A stretch of DNA of 18,621 nucleotides from Fidelibacterota bacterium (GTDB taxonomy: Bacteria > Fidelibacterota > Marinisomatia > Marinisomatales > S15-B10), in contig PBTS01000007.1 of NCBI GenBank assembly GCA_002729175.1, positions 1 through 18,621 on the forward strand, written 5' to 3'. Positions 1-10,400 of this stretch are shown here, one piece after another. The position numbers and the translations under genes are program-made. Below the pieces are notes generated by a model. The model worked only from the letters and a program-made list of their open reading frames with translations, made no database searches and was not told the DNA's origin. Position 1 is the stretch's first letter; each line of letters opens with the position of its first letter.

Positions 1-1646
1 AAGGGTCCCCATGGATCCTGCTTTCTTATGCCCCCTCCAGCCCGGATGGCCCAAACACCGGAACGGGGCAGGAAACCGAGATCGTTGTTTGAGAATCCAT
101 CATCGTAGAGGGTCGCTATGAGGTCGGCATTCCACCATTTGAAATTATCGTACATCATATAGATTCGGCCGGCACCACCTTGCTGACCTTTAGTATCAGA
201 GAGTGCTGCCTGGCCGCTGAAATTGAATCGGTTATTGAAGAATCGTAGTCTCCAGTCCACTGCCCCTACGGAAGCGTTCTCGCCTCCAGCCCGCCTCACA
301 TCTGTAACGGTGGCACCAATAATTGAAGCTGTGTTGAACAAGGGAGATTCCACACGGCCAATAAAATAGTTGGTCCTTGGTTCCAGAAGGAAATCCTCTC
401 GGGATTGGTGGCCCCCGCCCGTTTTTTCCAGCACACCGTATTCGTTATCAGTAAAGCTTTCGATGAAGCCGTACGTAACACCGGATGTTGTTTTACCCAG
501 TACTTTTGCGGCACCAAGGATGGTTGTCGACTCGGGCCGGCTGACGATAGAACCGGTAGATGGAGTGAAATGGGATGGTGCCCTGCCGATTCTCCTTGAA
601 TGGAACAGCTTGATGGGAGGAAGCATAAATGACCCCTTCTGCCACGTTTCTATCTCTTCACCAAATTGAGGAGTGAAAAAAGAACCTCCCTCAACAAAGA
701 AAGGTCGTTTTTCAGGATAAAATGTCTCGAAGGCCGTAAGGTTTAGAACTGAAGGATCAGCCTCAACCTGCCCAAAATCAGGGTTTATGGCAATGGAGGC
801 AGCACTATTTGTGGCAAGGCCATATTCCATATCTAAACCAAGACTACCCGTATTCTCGGTAACACTTCCCAACTGCTTACCACCCAAAATGTAGGGAAGA
901 ATTTCTAGCTGTCTTGGAGGTGGAATGTTTTCCAGGCCAGTGAGTATGCCATATCTGGAAACAATTCCCTTCACCCCTCGAGGCTTACCGGGCCATTCAT
1001 GCCTTTCCTGTTTTCGATAAATGCCACGATTCAACTCCACTCCCCATATCTGTTCACCTTGGGAGTTAAACTGGAAAAGAGAAAAAGGGAGCGCAATTTC
1101 AGCAGTCCAACCACTATCATCAGATGAAACTTGGGCATCCCAAACAGCATCCCAGGACATGTCATAATTTTCGTCATCGGGAATAAAAAGATCCATTTTC
1201 ACCCCGGCAGCATTTACAATAAACGAATAGCTTGTTATGTCATCATTTTGCGGATCCACCCCTATCCCTATCCAATCTGAATTATCATTCCCTGCTTCAA
1301 GCCATTCATCACGGCGGGCGAGGCGCTTCATGATTTTACCCGGTTCAGAATCGTGGCACCGAAAAGCAAAATAAAGTGCGTCGTTATCATAGATGATGCG
1401 CACTTCCGTTAATTCTGTAGGCTTTGCAAGATTGTCCGGCTCGGTCTGGATGAGATCGGTTACTGGGATAGCCATCTCCCACACAGAATCATCAAGCCGG
1501 CCATCAATAACAGGAGGTGAATCGACCCTCACGGCATGAGTTGTTTTTGATATTAAGCTCTCAGGGTCAGCTTTATCCTGAGCCGGAAGAATAGAGATCA
1601 AGACTATCAAAGTCTTTATGATTGTAACAGTTGTGTTTCGGTTCAC
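1..1646 (-). CDS. CBM9-like sugar-binding domain + DUF5916 outer-membrane protein (3' end runs off the window; not in the ORF track)
   Basis: Manual translation from GTG at 1646, with an in-frame TAG two codons upstream: MNRNTTVTIIKTLIVLISILPAQ (signal peptide)...PPVIDGRLDDSVW...TEVRIIYDNDALYFAFRCHD...WDAVWDAQVSSDDSGWTAEIALPF...INPDFGQVEADPSVLNLTAFETFYPEKRPFFVEG...LFHSRRIG. These motifs are typical of CBM9/DUF5916 proteins. The frame was open in every segment I translated, including the window edge. Confidence 0.88.
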   Translation of the reverse strand, partial: MNRNTTVTIIKTLIVLISILPAQDKADPESLISKTTHAVRVDSPPVIDGRLDDSVWEMAIPVTDLIQTEPDNLAKPTELTEVRIIYDNDALYFAFRCHDSEPGKIMKRLARRDEWLEAGNDNSDWIGIGVDPQNDDITSYSFIVNAAGVKMDLFIPDDENYDMSWDAVWDAQVSSDDSGWTAEIALPFSLFQFNSQGEQIWGVELNRGIYRKQERHEWPGKPRGVKGIVSRYGILTGLENIPPPRQLEILPYILGGKQLGSVTENTGSLGLDMEYGLATNSAASIAINPDFGQVEADPSVLNLTAFETFYPEKRPFFVEGGSFFTPQFGEEIETWQKGSFMLPPIKLFHSRRIGRAPSHFTPSTGSIVSRPESTTILGAAKVLGKTTSGVTYGFIESFTDNEYGVLEKTGGGHQSREDFLLEPRTNYFIGRVESPLFNTASIIGATVTDVRRAGGENASVGAVDWRLRFFNNRFNFSGQAALSDTKGQQGGAGRIYMMYDNFKWWNADLIATLYDDGFSNNDLGFLPRSGVWAIRAGGGIRKQDPWGP

Positions 1647-1675
1647 TACCTAAACCTTATTATTAAAAGGCGTGA

Positions 1676-1704
1676 AATTTACCGATACCGTTCGGAGCTT
1701 AAAA
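1676..1704 (-). promoter_or_regulatory. Possible sigma70 promoter for the CBM9/DUF5916 gene
   Basis: Minus strand TTTTAA-17 nt-TAAATT, about 30 nt upstream of the GTG. The -35 element is weak. Confidence 0.3.
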
Positions 1705-1802
1705 CCAGTGATAATTGACCATTCTTTTCCACCTGAGAGTCGGGAAGTTTTGTAAATTAAAGTGTTCGGTATAAATCATTTCGAAACAGAAATAGATCCG
1801 TC

Positions 1803-2567
1803 ATGAAAATTTGCGTCCTAGTTAAACAAATTCCCGGTAGTGATTCCCCCCTTAAGATCAGTAATGACCAAAGTTGGATTAATGAAGAGAATGTCAATTT
1901 CATCACAAATGAAAGTGACAGCTACGCCGTTGAAGAAGCCCTTCAACTGAAAGAGAAACTGGGTGAAGGCGAAGTAGTGGCGGTAAGCCTTGGCCCGGAG
2001 CGAGCCCAAAGAACTATAAGAGAGGCGCTATCTAAAGGTGCTGACCGGGGTATTCATATTGAAGAGTCTTACCCTTATGCATCCGATCCGCTGCAAATTG
2101 CCAAAACGTTTGCCAGCGTACTGGAAGGGGAACAGTTTGACCTCATTCTGACCGGATTGCAGTCCGATGACTTCGGCTTCGGCCAGGTGGGTGTTATTCT
2201 GGGTGAGATGCTGGGTATGAGCACCGCTACTCTGGTTATGGCAACTGAACTTGCCGATGGTAAAATGAAAGTTAAACGTGAGCTGGAGGCAGGTTGGTTT
2301 CAATGGGTAAACCTGGATCTTCCTGCATCCATCAGTATTCAATCGGGCATTAATACGCCCCGTTATCCATCTCTAAAAGGAATCATGGGTGCTAAGAAAA
2401 AGGAAATGAACAAGGTGTCCGTTGATTCCAACAACGAAGCTAGACAATCTATATCAAAGGTCTATATCCCCAAAAAAACGAAACGGACAGAAATGATAGA
2501 AGGAACTGTGGACCATCAGGTTGAGCGTCTTGTGGAAGTGTTTAAGAAAGATTTGAGAATTCTGTAA
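1803..2567 (+). CDS. etfB: Electron transfer flavoprotein subunit beta
   Basis: MKICVLVKQIP..., D-YAVEEALQLKE, ALSKGADRGIHI, LILTGLQSDD, NTPRYPSLKGIMGAKKK. Coupled to etfA by a TAATG overlap. Confidence 0.96.
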   Translation: MKICVLVKQIPGSDSPLKISNDQSWINEENVNFITNESDSYAVEEALQLKEKLGEGEVVAVSLGPERAQRTIREALSKGADRGIHIEESYPYASDPLQIAKTFASVLEGEQFDLILTGLQSDDFGFGQVGVILGEMLGMSTATLVMATELADGKMKVKRELEAGWFQWVNLDLPASISIQSGINTPRYPSLKGIMGAKKKEMNKVSVDSNNEARQSISKVYIPKKTKRTEMIEGTVDHQVERLVEVFKKDLRIL

Positions 2568-3547
2568 TGAGTGTTTTTGTCGTCGTTGAACAGAGTAACG
2601 GTGGTGTCCACCGCATGAGTTGGGAGGCGCTGGCTGGAGGGCAAGCGCTGGGCCGTGACCTCAGTCTCCCTGTTTCCGTGGTGCTCATGGGTGAAGATGT
2701 GTCCGGCCTTGCCGAATCTTTCCAATCAAAAGACGTTAAGGAAATTCTGAAAGTTGAGACTCCTCTTTTGAGCAGTTATAGTGCCGATAGTTTCTCTTCA
2801 GCTCTCGCTCAGGTTATTGAAACAGAGTCTCCCAAATATGTTATCATGGGTCACACTTACATGGTGCGGGATTTTCTCCCCCGTGTGAGTGCCAAACTTG
2901 GTCTCCCTTTCCTCGCAGACAATATTGCTTATGGTGTGGATGACGGTTCCCTTGTTTTATCAAAACAGGTCTTTTCCGGTAAACTGGTGGCGGATGTTTC
3001 GCCCAACGGTGACGGACCGTGTATCATCTCATTCCAGTCTGCCGCATTTCAGGAAGAGGATGTGACTGACGGATCCGGTGCCTCTGTCCGGGATATTTCC
3101 ATTTCCCTTGATGAAAACACTATTCGCAGCAGACCCGAAGAGCCGTTCCAGGAAGCGGCTGGTGCTGTCGATTTATCCAGTGCTGAGGTAATCGTATCTG
3201 TGGGCCGAGGCATAGGAAAAGAGGAAAATCTCCCCATGATAATAGATCTGGCTCAAGCCATGGGTGCCGAGTTGGCCTCCTCCCGGCCGGTGGTAGACGC
3301 CGGCTGGCTGGAATCATATCACCAGATCGGAAGTTCAGGCCAAACTGTGGCTCCGAAACTTTACTTTGCTCTGGGCATTTCTGGCGCCATTCAGCATGTG
3401 GTAGGCATGAAAGGATCCAAGAATATTGTTCTTATCAATAAGGACCCAGAAGCACCTTTCTTTGAGCTGGCCGACTACGGCGTTATCGGAGATATTCTCG
3501 AGATTGTTCCGAAACTGACAGAAGCTCTTTTAGGAGCCAAGACCTAA
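2567..3547 (+). CDS. etfA: Electron transfer flavoprotein subunit alpha
   Basis: C-terminal FAD-binding motifs VIVSVGRGI, SSRPVVDAGW, QIGSSGQTVAPKLYFALGISGAIQHVVGM, INKDPEAPFF. Confidence 0.96.
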   Translation: MSVFVVVEQSNGGVHRMSWEALAGGQALGRDLSLPVSVVLMGEDVSGLAESFQSKDVKEILKVETPLLSSYSADSFSSALAQVIETESPKYVIMGHTYMVRDFLPRVSAKLGLPFLADNIAYGVDDGSLVLSKQVFSGKLVADVSPNGDGPCIISFQSAAFQEEDVTDGSGASVRDISISLDENTIRSRPEEPFQEAAGAVDLSSAEVIVSVGRGIGKEENLPMIIDLAQAMGAELASSRPVVDAGWLESYHQIGSSGQTVAPKLYFALGISGAIQHVVGMKGSKNIVLINKDPEAPFFELADYGVIGDILEIVPKLTEALLGAKT

Positions 3548-3667
3548 TTTGCCACTAAAAAAAGACTACTAAACTCAGAATCATACAACTGGGTGGCCCT
3601 ACCTGATTAATAAAAAGAAGTGTAAAGAGTTTGGATTAGGTCAAAATTTTGATTTAAGAGATAAAAA

Positions 3668-5329
3668 ATGAGTGAACGTGAAATTCTGGAAGTTGATGTT
3701 CTATTCGTTGGGGCAGGGCCGGCTAGTCTCAGCGGAGCCATCCACCTCAATCGCCTCCTTAAAGAAAATGGAAAGGAACCATCCATAGCCATTATTGAAA
3801 AGGGAGCTGAAGTGGGTGCTCACTCTTTTTCCGGAGCCGTTGTAGATCCAAGATCTCTTCAAGAACTGTTCCCGGATTATATGGATAGGAGTGTTCCGTT
3901 TGAATCCGAGGTTTTAGAAGAACACATGTACTACCTGACCTTATCCAGGAAGGTTCCTTTTCCCTTCATTCCAAAGTCAATGTCCCACCATGGATGTTAT
4001 GTCACCTCTATCGGCAAACTCACACGTTGGCTGGGTAACGTCTGCGAAGAGGAAGGTATAGATATATTCTGTGGTTTTTCGGGATCTGAGCTCTTATTTG
4101 ATGATGAAGAAGTCGTAGGGGTCCGATTGGGAGACCGCGGAATAGATAAGAATGGGCAACCAAAGCCTAACTACGAGGCGGGCGGGGATATCCATGCAAA
4201 AGTCACAGTGTTAGGGGAAGGAACACACGGAAATCTCACAAAGACACTCATAAACAAATTCGACCTAAGATCAGGTAAGAACTCCCAAGTCTGGGCATTG
4301 GGAGTAAAAGAGTTGTGGCAAATGCCCCCGGATACCGTCCCGGCAGGTTATGTAGCCCATACCATGGGATTCCCATTAGGACATGACATTTTTGGTGGAG
4401 GTTTTATCTATGGAATGAAAAATGATGTTTGGGATCTAGGAATTATTGTAGGTCTTGACTACAGTGATCCAAACGTTGATCCCCACCACGAACTTCAATC
4501 TTTGAAAACTCACCCATGGATCATGTCACTCCTAGATGGAGGAGAAATGATCGCCTATGGCGCTAAGACACTTCCCGAGGGAGGCTACTTCTCCATTCCA
4601 AAGCTCACTGTTGGTGGTGCTATGCTTATTGGTGACTCCGCCGGTTTTTTGAACGGGCAGCGATTGAAAGGAATTCATCTCGCTATGAAATCTGGTATGT
4701 TGGCGGCTGATGTGATTATGGACGCCTTAAACAATAACCGGTTTGATGATGAAATGCTCAGCTCTTTCGAGACAAAAGTACAGAATAGCTGGATTCATGA
4801 TGAGCTTTGGAAGGGAAGGAACTTCCACCAGGCTTTTGACAGAGGACTTCTGGCAGGCCTCTCTAACGCCGGTTTAGGACTAGTCACTGGTGGTCGAGGG
4901 TGGGGACTTGTCAATCGCTTACCGGCAAAAGAAGGTTACCGTCATATTACAAATCTCAATAAAAGCCCCTCAGAGGGAAAATATAATGACCGTTATGCTA
5001 ATTTGAAGTTCGATGGAAAATACTTGTTCGATAAGGTTACAGATGTCTATCACTCCGCAACATCGCACAATGAGGATCAAATCCCCCATTTACATGTTTA
5101 CGATACGGATATTTGCATTACTAAATGTGTTGAGGAATTTGGGAATCCATGTGAAAAGTTCTGTCCCGCTGACGTTTATGAGATTGTAACAGAAGAAAAT
5201 AATCGTCGATTACACATCAATTTCTCAAACTGTGTTCATTGCAAAACGTGCGATATAATGGATCCCTATCAGATCATAGACTGGGTGCCCCCTGAAGGTG
5301 GCGGTGGTCCAACCTGGATTAATCTATAA
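3668..5329 (+). CDS. Electron transfer flavoprotein-(ubi/mena)quinone oxidoreductase (ETF-QO)
   Basis: DVLFVGAGPA Rossmann motif, EKGAEVGAHSFSGA, LIGDSAGFLN..RLKGIHLAMKSGMLAA, and a C-terminal 4Fe-4S region CEKFCPADVYE...NCVHCKTCDIMDP..WVPPEGGGGP. Adjacent to etfBA. Confidence 0.95.
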   Translation: MSEREILEVDVLFVGAGPASLSGAIHLNRLLKENGKEPSIAIIEKGAEVGAHSFSGAVVDPRSLQELFPDYMDRSVPFESEVLEEHMYYLTLSRKVPFPFIPKSMSHHGCYVTSIGKLTRWLGNVCEEEGIDIFCGFSGSELLFDDEEVVGVRLGDRGIDKNGQPKPNYEAGGDIHAKVTVLGEGTHGNLTKTLINKFDLRSGKNSQVWALGVKELWQMPPDTVPAGYVAHTMGFPLGHDIFGGGFIYGMKNDVWDLGIIVGLDYSDPNVDPHHELQSLKTHPWIMSLLDGGEMIAYGAKTLPEGGYFSIPKLTVGGAMLIGDSAGFLNGQRLKGIHLAMKSGMLAADVIMDALNNNRFDDEMLSSFETKVQNSWIHDELWKGRNFHQAFDRGLLAGLSNAGLGLVTGGRGWGLVNRLPAKEGYRHITNLNKSPSEGKYNDRYANLKFDGKYLFDKVTDVYHSATSHNEDQIPHLHVYDTDICITKCVEEFGNPCEKFCPADVYEIVTEENNRRLHINFSNCVHCKTCDIMDPYQIIDWVPPEGGGGPTWINL

Positions 5330-5447
5330 AACGAACACTTTTAATAAGTTGTATCTAAGCTCAGATTACTGTTTAGCGGCTGTTAACCTGAGAATATTTA
5401 GACGAATGTGCCCTAGATCACCTAAAAACCCCTTTTCGAAAAAACAG

Positions 5448-5477
5448 TTGCCCCTAGACTAAATAATTGTCTATTTT
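5448..5477 (+). promoter_or_regulatory. Candidate sigma70 promoter with an inverted repeat in the spacer, upstream of the 620-aa gene
   Basis: TTGCCC-18 nt-TATTTT. The inverted repeat TAGAC-N9-GTCTA lies at 5455-5473. A strong SD, AGGAG, is at 5531-5535. Confidence 0.4.
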
Positions 5478-5541
5478 AAACCGTGTGGAGTGGAAGCTCT
5501 CTGCTTTGAGGCAAACAATTAAACTAACGTAGGAGTATATC

Positions 5542-7404
5542 ATGAAGAACAGAATGATATCAATTGCAACCTTTATACTTGCACTGATGGTCATTGGTGA
5601 AGCCCAGTCAATTACGGGTACTTACCAGTTGCACTCAGTGAGAGTTGTTTATAGGAACCATGTTCGGGCAGCTACCCATGCCGATGACGTGGACATTCAA
5701 GGTGTCTACGGTACATGGGTCGTACCTTACGGAGGCTCTATTGTGGAAGTGGATGCTGACGCCAACGGGGTAGCGGACTACAAACACCCACTTGTTGGAG
5801 GTCACATAGGCGCAAATGTGACAGTAGAATCTTTTCCGGAAGCCAGAGATCCTTTCTATTTACTTAATTATATCGGAGTGAATTTGACGGTGGGGCTTGA
5901 TCAGGAAGCAGGCACAGCCATCATTCCGGGTGATCCCACGGTACCAAGTACATATCCAACCACTGAAACAGCAAATTGTGTTACAGCTTTGACAGTAGCA
6001 GCCGTTACAGATAACCAGACGAACATCTACAAGGGACCTGTGGTTAATCCAAACGGAAATGTTGTCTGGGGTTTTGGTATCCAGCAATCGGATGTCTTTG
6101 ACTGGTTCAAAGCTATTGACCCGGCTAAACATTATCCAAAACAAAACCATGCACCAAAGGTCGCCGGTGTTGATTCTTCATGGGGAATGATAGTTGGAAA
6201 GGACGCTACTGAAAACACTGACGGCACCATGAGATTTAAAAAGGCCACAATTAGGTGGCACGCCTTCGATGGTTCTTACGCTACTGGCGGTTCTCCATAT
6301 GGTGTCGATGATGAAGGGAACTTGAACAGGCAGCTTGGTGTCTCTATCACTGCCGACAAAGTTACTATTCCGGGCATGGTTGCATGGGGAGCCGCAAAAG
6401 GCGCAACAGTCGTTGCAGGCGACTATCCAATGATCAATGGAAAAGGATATAATGGTGATAAACTGTCTTTCACCCCCGGTGAGCAGCTCATGACTCACAC
6501 TTCCGTGGGCGGAACATGGGATGGTGTTGGTTACATTGCTGATTTTCATGGTGCTGACGGCGTACCTTTCTCCGGTGATGAGCCATTAGCGTACACAGGC
6601 TATTATATAACGAAAAACTTCCTTTCCGCTTCTGGTGCATGGGCTGCAGCTTTGGCGGTTGCTGATCTTACAGATCCTACGGCCGCATTGACAGCTGCTG
6701 CCACAGCTATTACTACAGCCTTTGGCCTAGATGCAGCCGTTGCAGCTGCCGTTGTAAGCTCTGCAGCGACAACCCTTGGTGCTAGTCTTGCTGCTGCTGT
6801 TGCTGAATTAATGGCTGGTGGTATGGATGCAGCGACCGCTGGTGTGGCTGCCTTTGGTAAAGTTGCTGCCTCTGGGCCTACAGTACTTCTGGGTACTATG
6901 GCTGGCGCCGGGATTGTTGTAAACGACAGCGATAAGGACTTTGACTTGACTTCCACAACCGGTGGCCGCCTGCTGTTTAAGGTTGATGCCAATACAGTTG
7001 GTGGAATATGCTTGCCTGTTCAGCAGACACGGGATGTTTATGCTCATTTCACTAATACAGTGGACTGGGTAGCACCCACAGCACCACACAAGCCCCTTAC
7101 CATCTCGGACGAGAGCAATACCCCATCAAGGTTTGCTCTGCATAACAACTATCCGAATCCCTTCAACCCGGTCACTACCATCAGTTTTGACCTCCCTGAA
7201 GAGATATACACTGAAGTGGCGGTTTACAACATGATGGGGCAGAAAGTACGGACGCTCCATTCGGGTAATATGACCGCAGGGAGTCATCACATCTTCTTCG
7301 ATGGTATTGATGATCAGAACCAGCAGCTCGGTAGCGGTGTCTACTTCTATCGCGTTGTTTCTGGCGAATTCCAGGCCACCAAAAAGATGATGCTCATCAA
7401 ATAG
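5542..7404 (+). CDS. Secreted/surface protein with C-terminal T9SS type-A (Por secretion tail / FlgD-Ig-like) sorting domain; function unknown
   Basis: Signal peptide MKNRMISIATFILALMVIGEA|Q. The C-terminus PSRFALHNNYPNPFNPVTTISFDLP...VYNMMGQKVRTL...GSGVYFYRV..GEFQATKKMMLIK is the classic sorting-domain pattern. Internal Ala-rich segment. SD AGGAG. Confidence 0.88.
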   Translation: MKNRMISIATFILALMVIGEAQSITGTYQLHSVRVVYRNHVRAATHADDVDIQGVYGTWVVPYGGSIVEVDADANGVADYKHPLVGGHIGANVTVESFPEARDPFYLLNYIGVNLTVGLDQEAGTAIIPGDPTVPSTYPTTETANCVTALTVAAVTDNQTNIYKGPVVNPNGNVVWGFGIQQSDVFDWFKAIDPAKHYPKQNHAPKVAGVDSSWGMIVGKDATENTDGTMRFKKATIRWHAFDGSYATGGSPYGVDDEGNLNRQLGVSITADKVTIPGMVAWGAAKGATVVAGDYPMINGKGYNGDKLSFTPGEQLMTHTSVGGTWDGVGYIADFHGADGVPFSGDEPLAYTGYYITKNFLSASGAWAAALAVADLTDPTAALTAAATAITTAFGLDAAVAAAVVSSAATTLGASLAAAVAELMAGGMDAATAGVAAFGKVAASGPTVLLGTMAGAGIVVNDSDKDFDLTSTTGGRLLFKVDANTVGGICLPVQQTRDVYAHFTNTVDWVAPTAPHKPLTISDESNTPSRFALHNNYPNPFNPVTTISFDLPEEIYTEVAVYNMMGQKVRTLHSGNMTAGSHHIFFDGIDDQNQQLGSGVYFYRVVSGEFQATKKMMLIK

Positions 7405-7438
7405 AACCTCTCTTTAGGTTCATTTGATCTATTTTCAT

Positions 7439-7475
7439 AAGTTCAGCCCCGCCCTGTGCGGGGCTGAACTTTTTT
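7439..7475 (+). terminator. Rho-independent terminator after the 620-aa gene
   Basis: Perfect 14-bp stem AAGTTCAGCCCCGC / loop CCTGT / GCGGGGCTGAACTT, running into a T6 tract (7470-7475). Confidence 0.85.
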
Positions 7476-7482
7476 GTAATAG

Positions 7483-10400
7483 ATGAAAGTCATCAAATTA
7501 ATTGCTTTTCACATTTTGATCGCCGGTTTCCTGGCGGCTCAGAACGGATCAATATCCGGAACTGTTCTCGATGCCTCTACCAATGACCCACTCATTGCTG
7601 CCAACGTAACTGTTACGGGAGAAGCACTTACCGAAACTACAGGCAGTGCCACCGATGCTGGTGGCCAATATACCGTTACCAATCTGCCGTCCGGTCAGTA
7701 TACCCTTAAGGTGAACTATATTGGATACGAGAAACAAGAGGAGACTGTTACACTCGGTCCGGGGCAATCGTTAACAATTGATTTTAAACTGGCTCCTTCG
7801 GCTATTGAATACGACACATATGTGGTCACCGCCTCCCGCCGCAGGGAGCGGATCGAAGATGCTCCGGCCGCCATCAGCATCATCACGCAAAAATCTATTC
7901 GACGAGAGAGTAACACAAATCTTGGCGATTATCTAAAATCAGTGAAAGGGGTTGATTTCACCCAGTCTGGCATAGACAGTTACAACCTGAGCGCCCGGGG
8001 GTTTAACAGTTCTTTCAGTTCACGCCTATTGACCCTTACGGATGGAAGGATGGCGAATGTTCCGTCCCTCCGGCTTGTCGCCTATAATGTTATCCCTGTC
8101 TCCTTCGAAGATGTGCATCAGATCGAGGTAGTGCTGGGCCCCTCTTCTGCCCTCTACGGACCTAACGCCCATAGCGGTGTTCTTAATATTGTCACGCGCG
8201 CACCTAAAGATTCTAAGGGGACTACTTTCAATATACAGACGGGTTTGATTGCCCAGGAAAACGGAAAGCCGTTGAAAAAAATGACGTTTCGTCACGCTTC
8301 TGCCTGGAAAGATTTTGGGTTCAAAGTGTCTAGTGTGGCAATGAACGCCTATGACTGGGAGCATTACAATGATGACGAATTCGAAGGACACGATCCTGCC
8401 TTTCTCGGCAGACCCCATCTCACCCGTGACGGTATAGATAACGGTGGATCCAGTCCTGAACTTTTTAGCCCCACCTTCACGGAAGATATGCTCAAGGAAC
8501 TGACCGTTGGTGAAGTACCCAACAACGGTATTGATGACAACGGCAACGGTTTTATCGATGAAACCATGGATATGGTGGGCTACGCCTACGGCGACGGTAA
8601 AATAAACTGGTTTCCTTTCGGCACAGAACCCTATTCGCCCAAGATTACGCAGGAGATGGTTACCCAGGCTGCTAGTGACCCGTTCAACCGGCTCTGTGTG
8701 GATGAGGGAAACATCAGTTCATTCAGCGGTAACTGCCCCGGCGTTGTGCTCTGGGGCGTTACTTCAGACGCAATCGGGAAACAGTTCAAAGATGGTCTGG
8801 ATAACAACGGTAACGGCGCCATTGATGAAGGTATTGATACCGGTATTGATGGAAGTGACGAAGCATTTTTTGATGGTGTAGACAATGATGGGGACGGACT
8901 CATAGATGAGGATGATGAATCAATAGCCAACTTTTGGCTAAACCGCTTCGGCAGCTATGCACCGGGTGACACTACAAAAGCGGACAGATACGGTTTCGGT
9001 TTTGGTGACTACGAATATGATGATGACGGCAATATACTATTCGACACAAATCGAAACGGCGTCTTTGGAGACCCGGAAGATTTCAAGCTGACAAGAGGGG
9101 AATTGAGTCGTTGGATAAAGGATGCCAATGGAGACGGTTATGATGACTTCCCTGATTTCAATGTGGAAAACTACCGCTATGATCTTCGTTTTGATTATGA
9201 CCCAAATAGCGATATAAATCTCAGCCTTTCCCACGGATTGGCAAGAGCAAAAAACATCAACATCACCGGTATCGCCCGCTATCTGGCCGATGGCTGGGTC
9301 TATCAATACTACCAGAGTCGACTAAGGTACAAAAACTTCTTTTGGCAAACTTATCTGAACACCAGCATGTCCGGGAAATACAACCCTAAATATCCACTGG
9401 CTCACTCCCCTACCCGGAACCTTGCTACCGGTGGGACCATCTACGACCGATCCAAAAAGTTCAGCTCCCAGTTTCAGCATGCAACGGAATTAATGAATGG
9501 TGATTTCAGGTTTGTCTGGGGCGCCGATTATTTTCTCACCATGCCGAACACCCGGGGATCCATACTTTCTGACGATCAGTTGGTGAACGGCCGGGACGAT
9601 AATGGTGATGGTGAGGCCGGCTCCCCTATTTCCTGGGCTGACTATAATGACAATCTCCAACACGATAAAGGTGAGATATATACCAGGTGGGGTACCGATA
9701 ACGGTAAGCAGGATGGTGCGGTGGGACCAACAGATAACGTTAAAGGGGCTGTTGCGGACGGGATCGACAATGATGGTGACGGACTTATTGATGAAGGAAT
9801 CGATGAACAGGCTGAGGACAACCGCTATGTTGTTAATGAATTCGGTGCCTATTATCAGATCAATTGGAAACTCAATCCAAAATATGAGCTGATCCATGCC
9901 ACCCGTTTTGACGTTCACGACCGCCTAACGGACTTTATTGAATTCAACAATTACGACTACAGTTATAGCCCCACAAACTGGAAGTTCAACTTTGGAAAGA
10001 GAGACGGGCTTCAGATCTCGCCAAAGATCGGCCTGGTGTATCGTCCCCGGGAGAACCAGAACTTCAGGCTCACATGGGCCAAAGCTTTCAATACCCCTTC
10101 CAACCAAGCCCTGTTTCTGGATATTTTTGTAACCCGAGTAGCCACTTACAAGGTTTTTGCCCGGGGTGCTCATGAAGGGTACAACTACCCCAGAAGCGCC
10201 GACGGTGACATTTACTGGAAAAGCCCTTACGACGCATTTAATGTGATTGAATTTGATTCAACTACACACGTTTTCTTCTTCCCATCTACAGATCCCAAAA
10301 ATAGAGGATTCTTTAAGGACAATATTCCAGATCAGGGCGGTATTTATCCCGAAACGGTCCACACGCTGGAACTGGGTTACAAAGGCCGTATTACCCCCAC

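Noticed and set aside
296..669. Short ORFs of 73, 99 and 64 aa
   Set aside because: They are shadow frames of the real CBM9/DUF5916 gene.
6603..6992. 129-aa Ala-rich antisense ORF
   Set aside because: It mirrors the GCN-rich segment of the 620-aa gene and has no independent support.
8521..9807. Repeated GATGGT/GACAAC-like DNA considered as a possible CRISPR or DGR repeat
   Set aside because: The similarity is at the protein level, with synonymous divergence and irregular spacing. There is no cas or reverse transcriptase gene.
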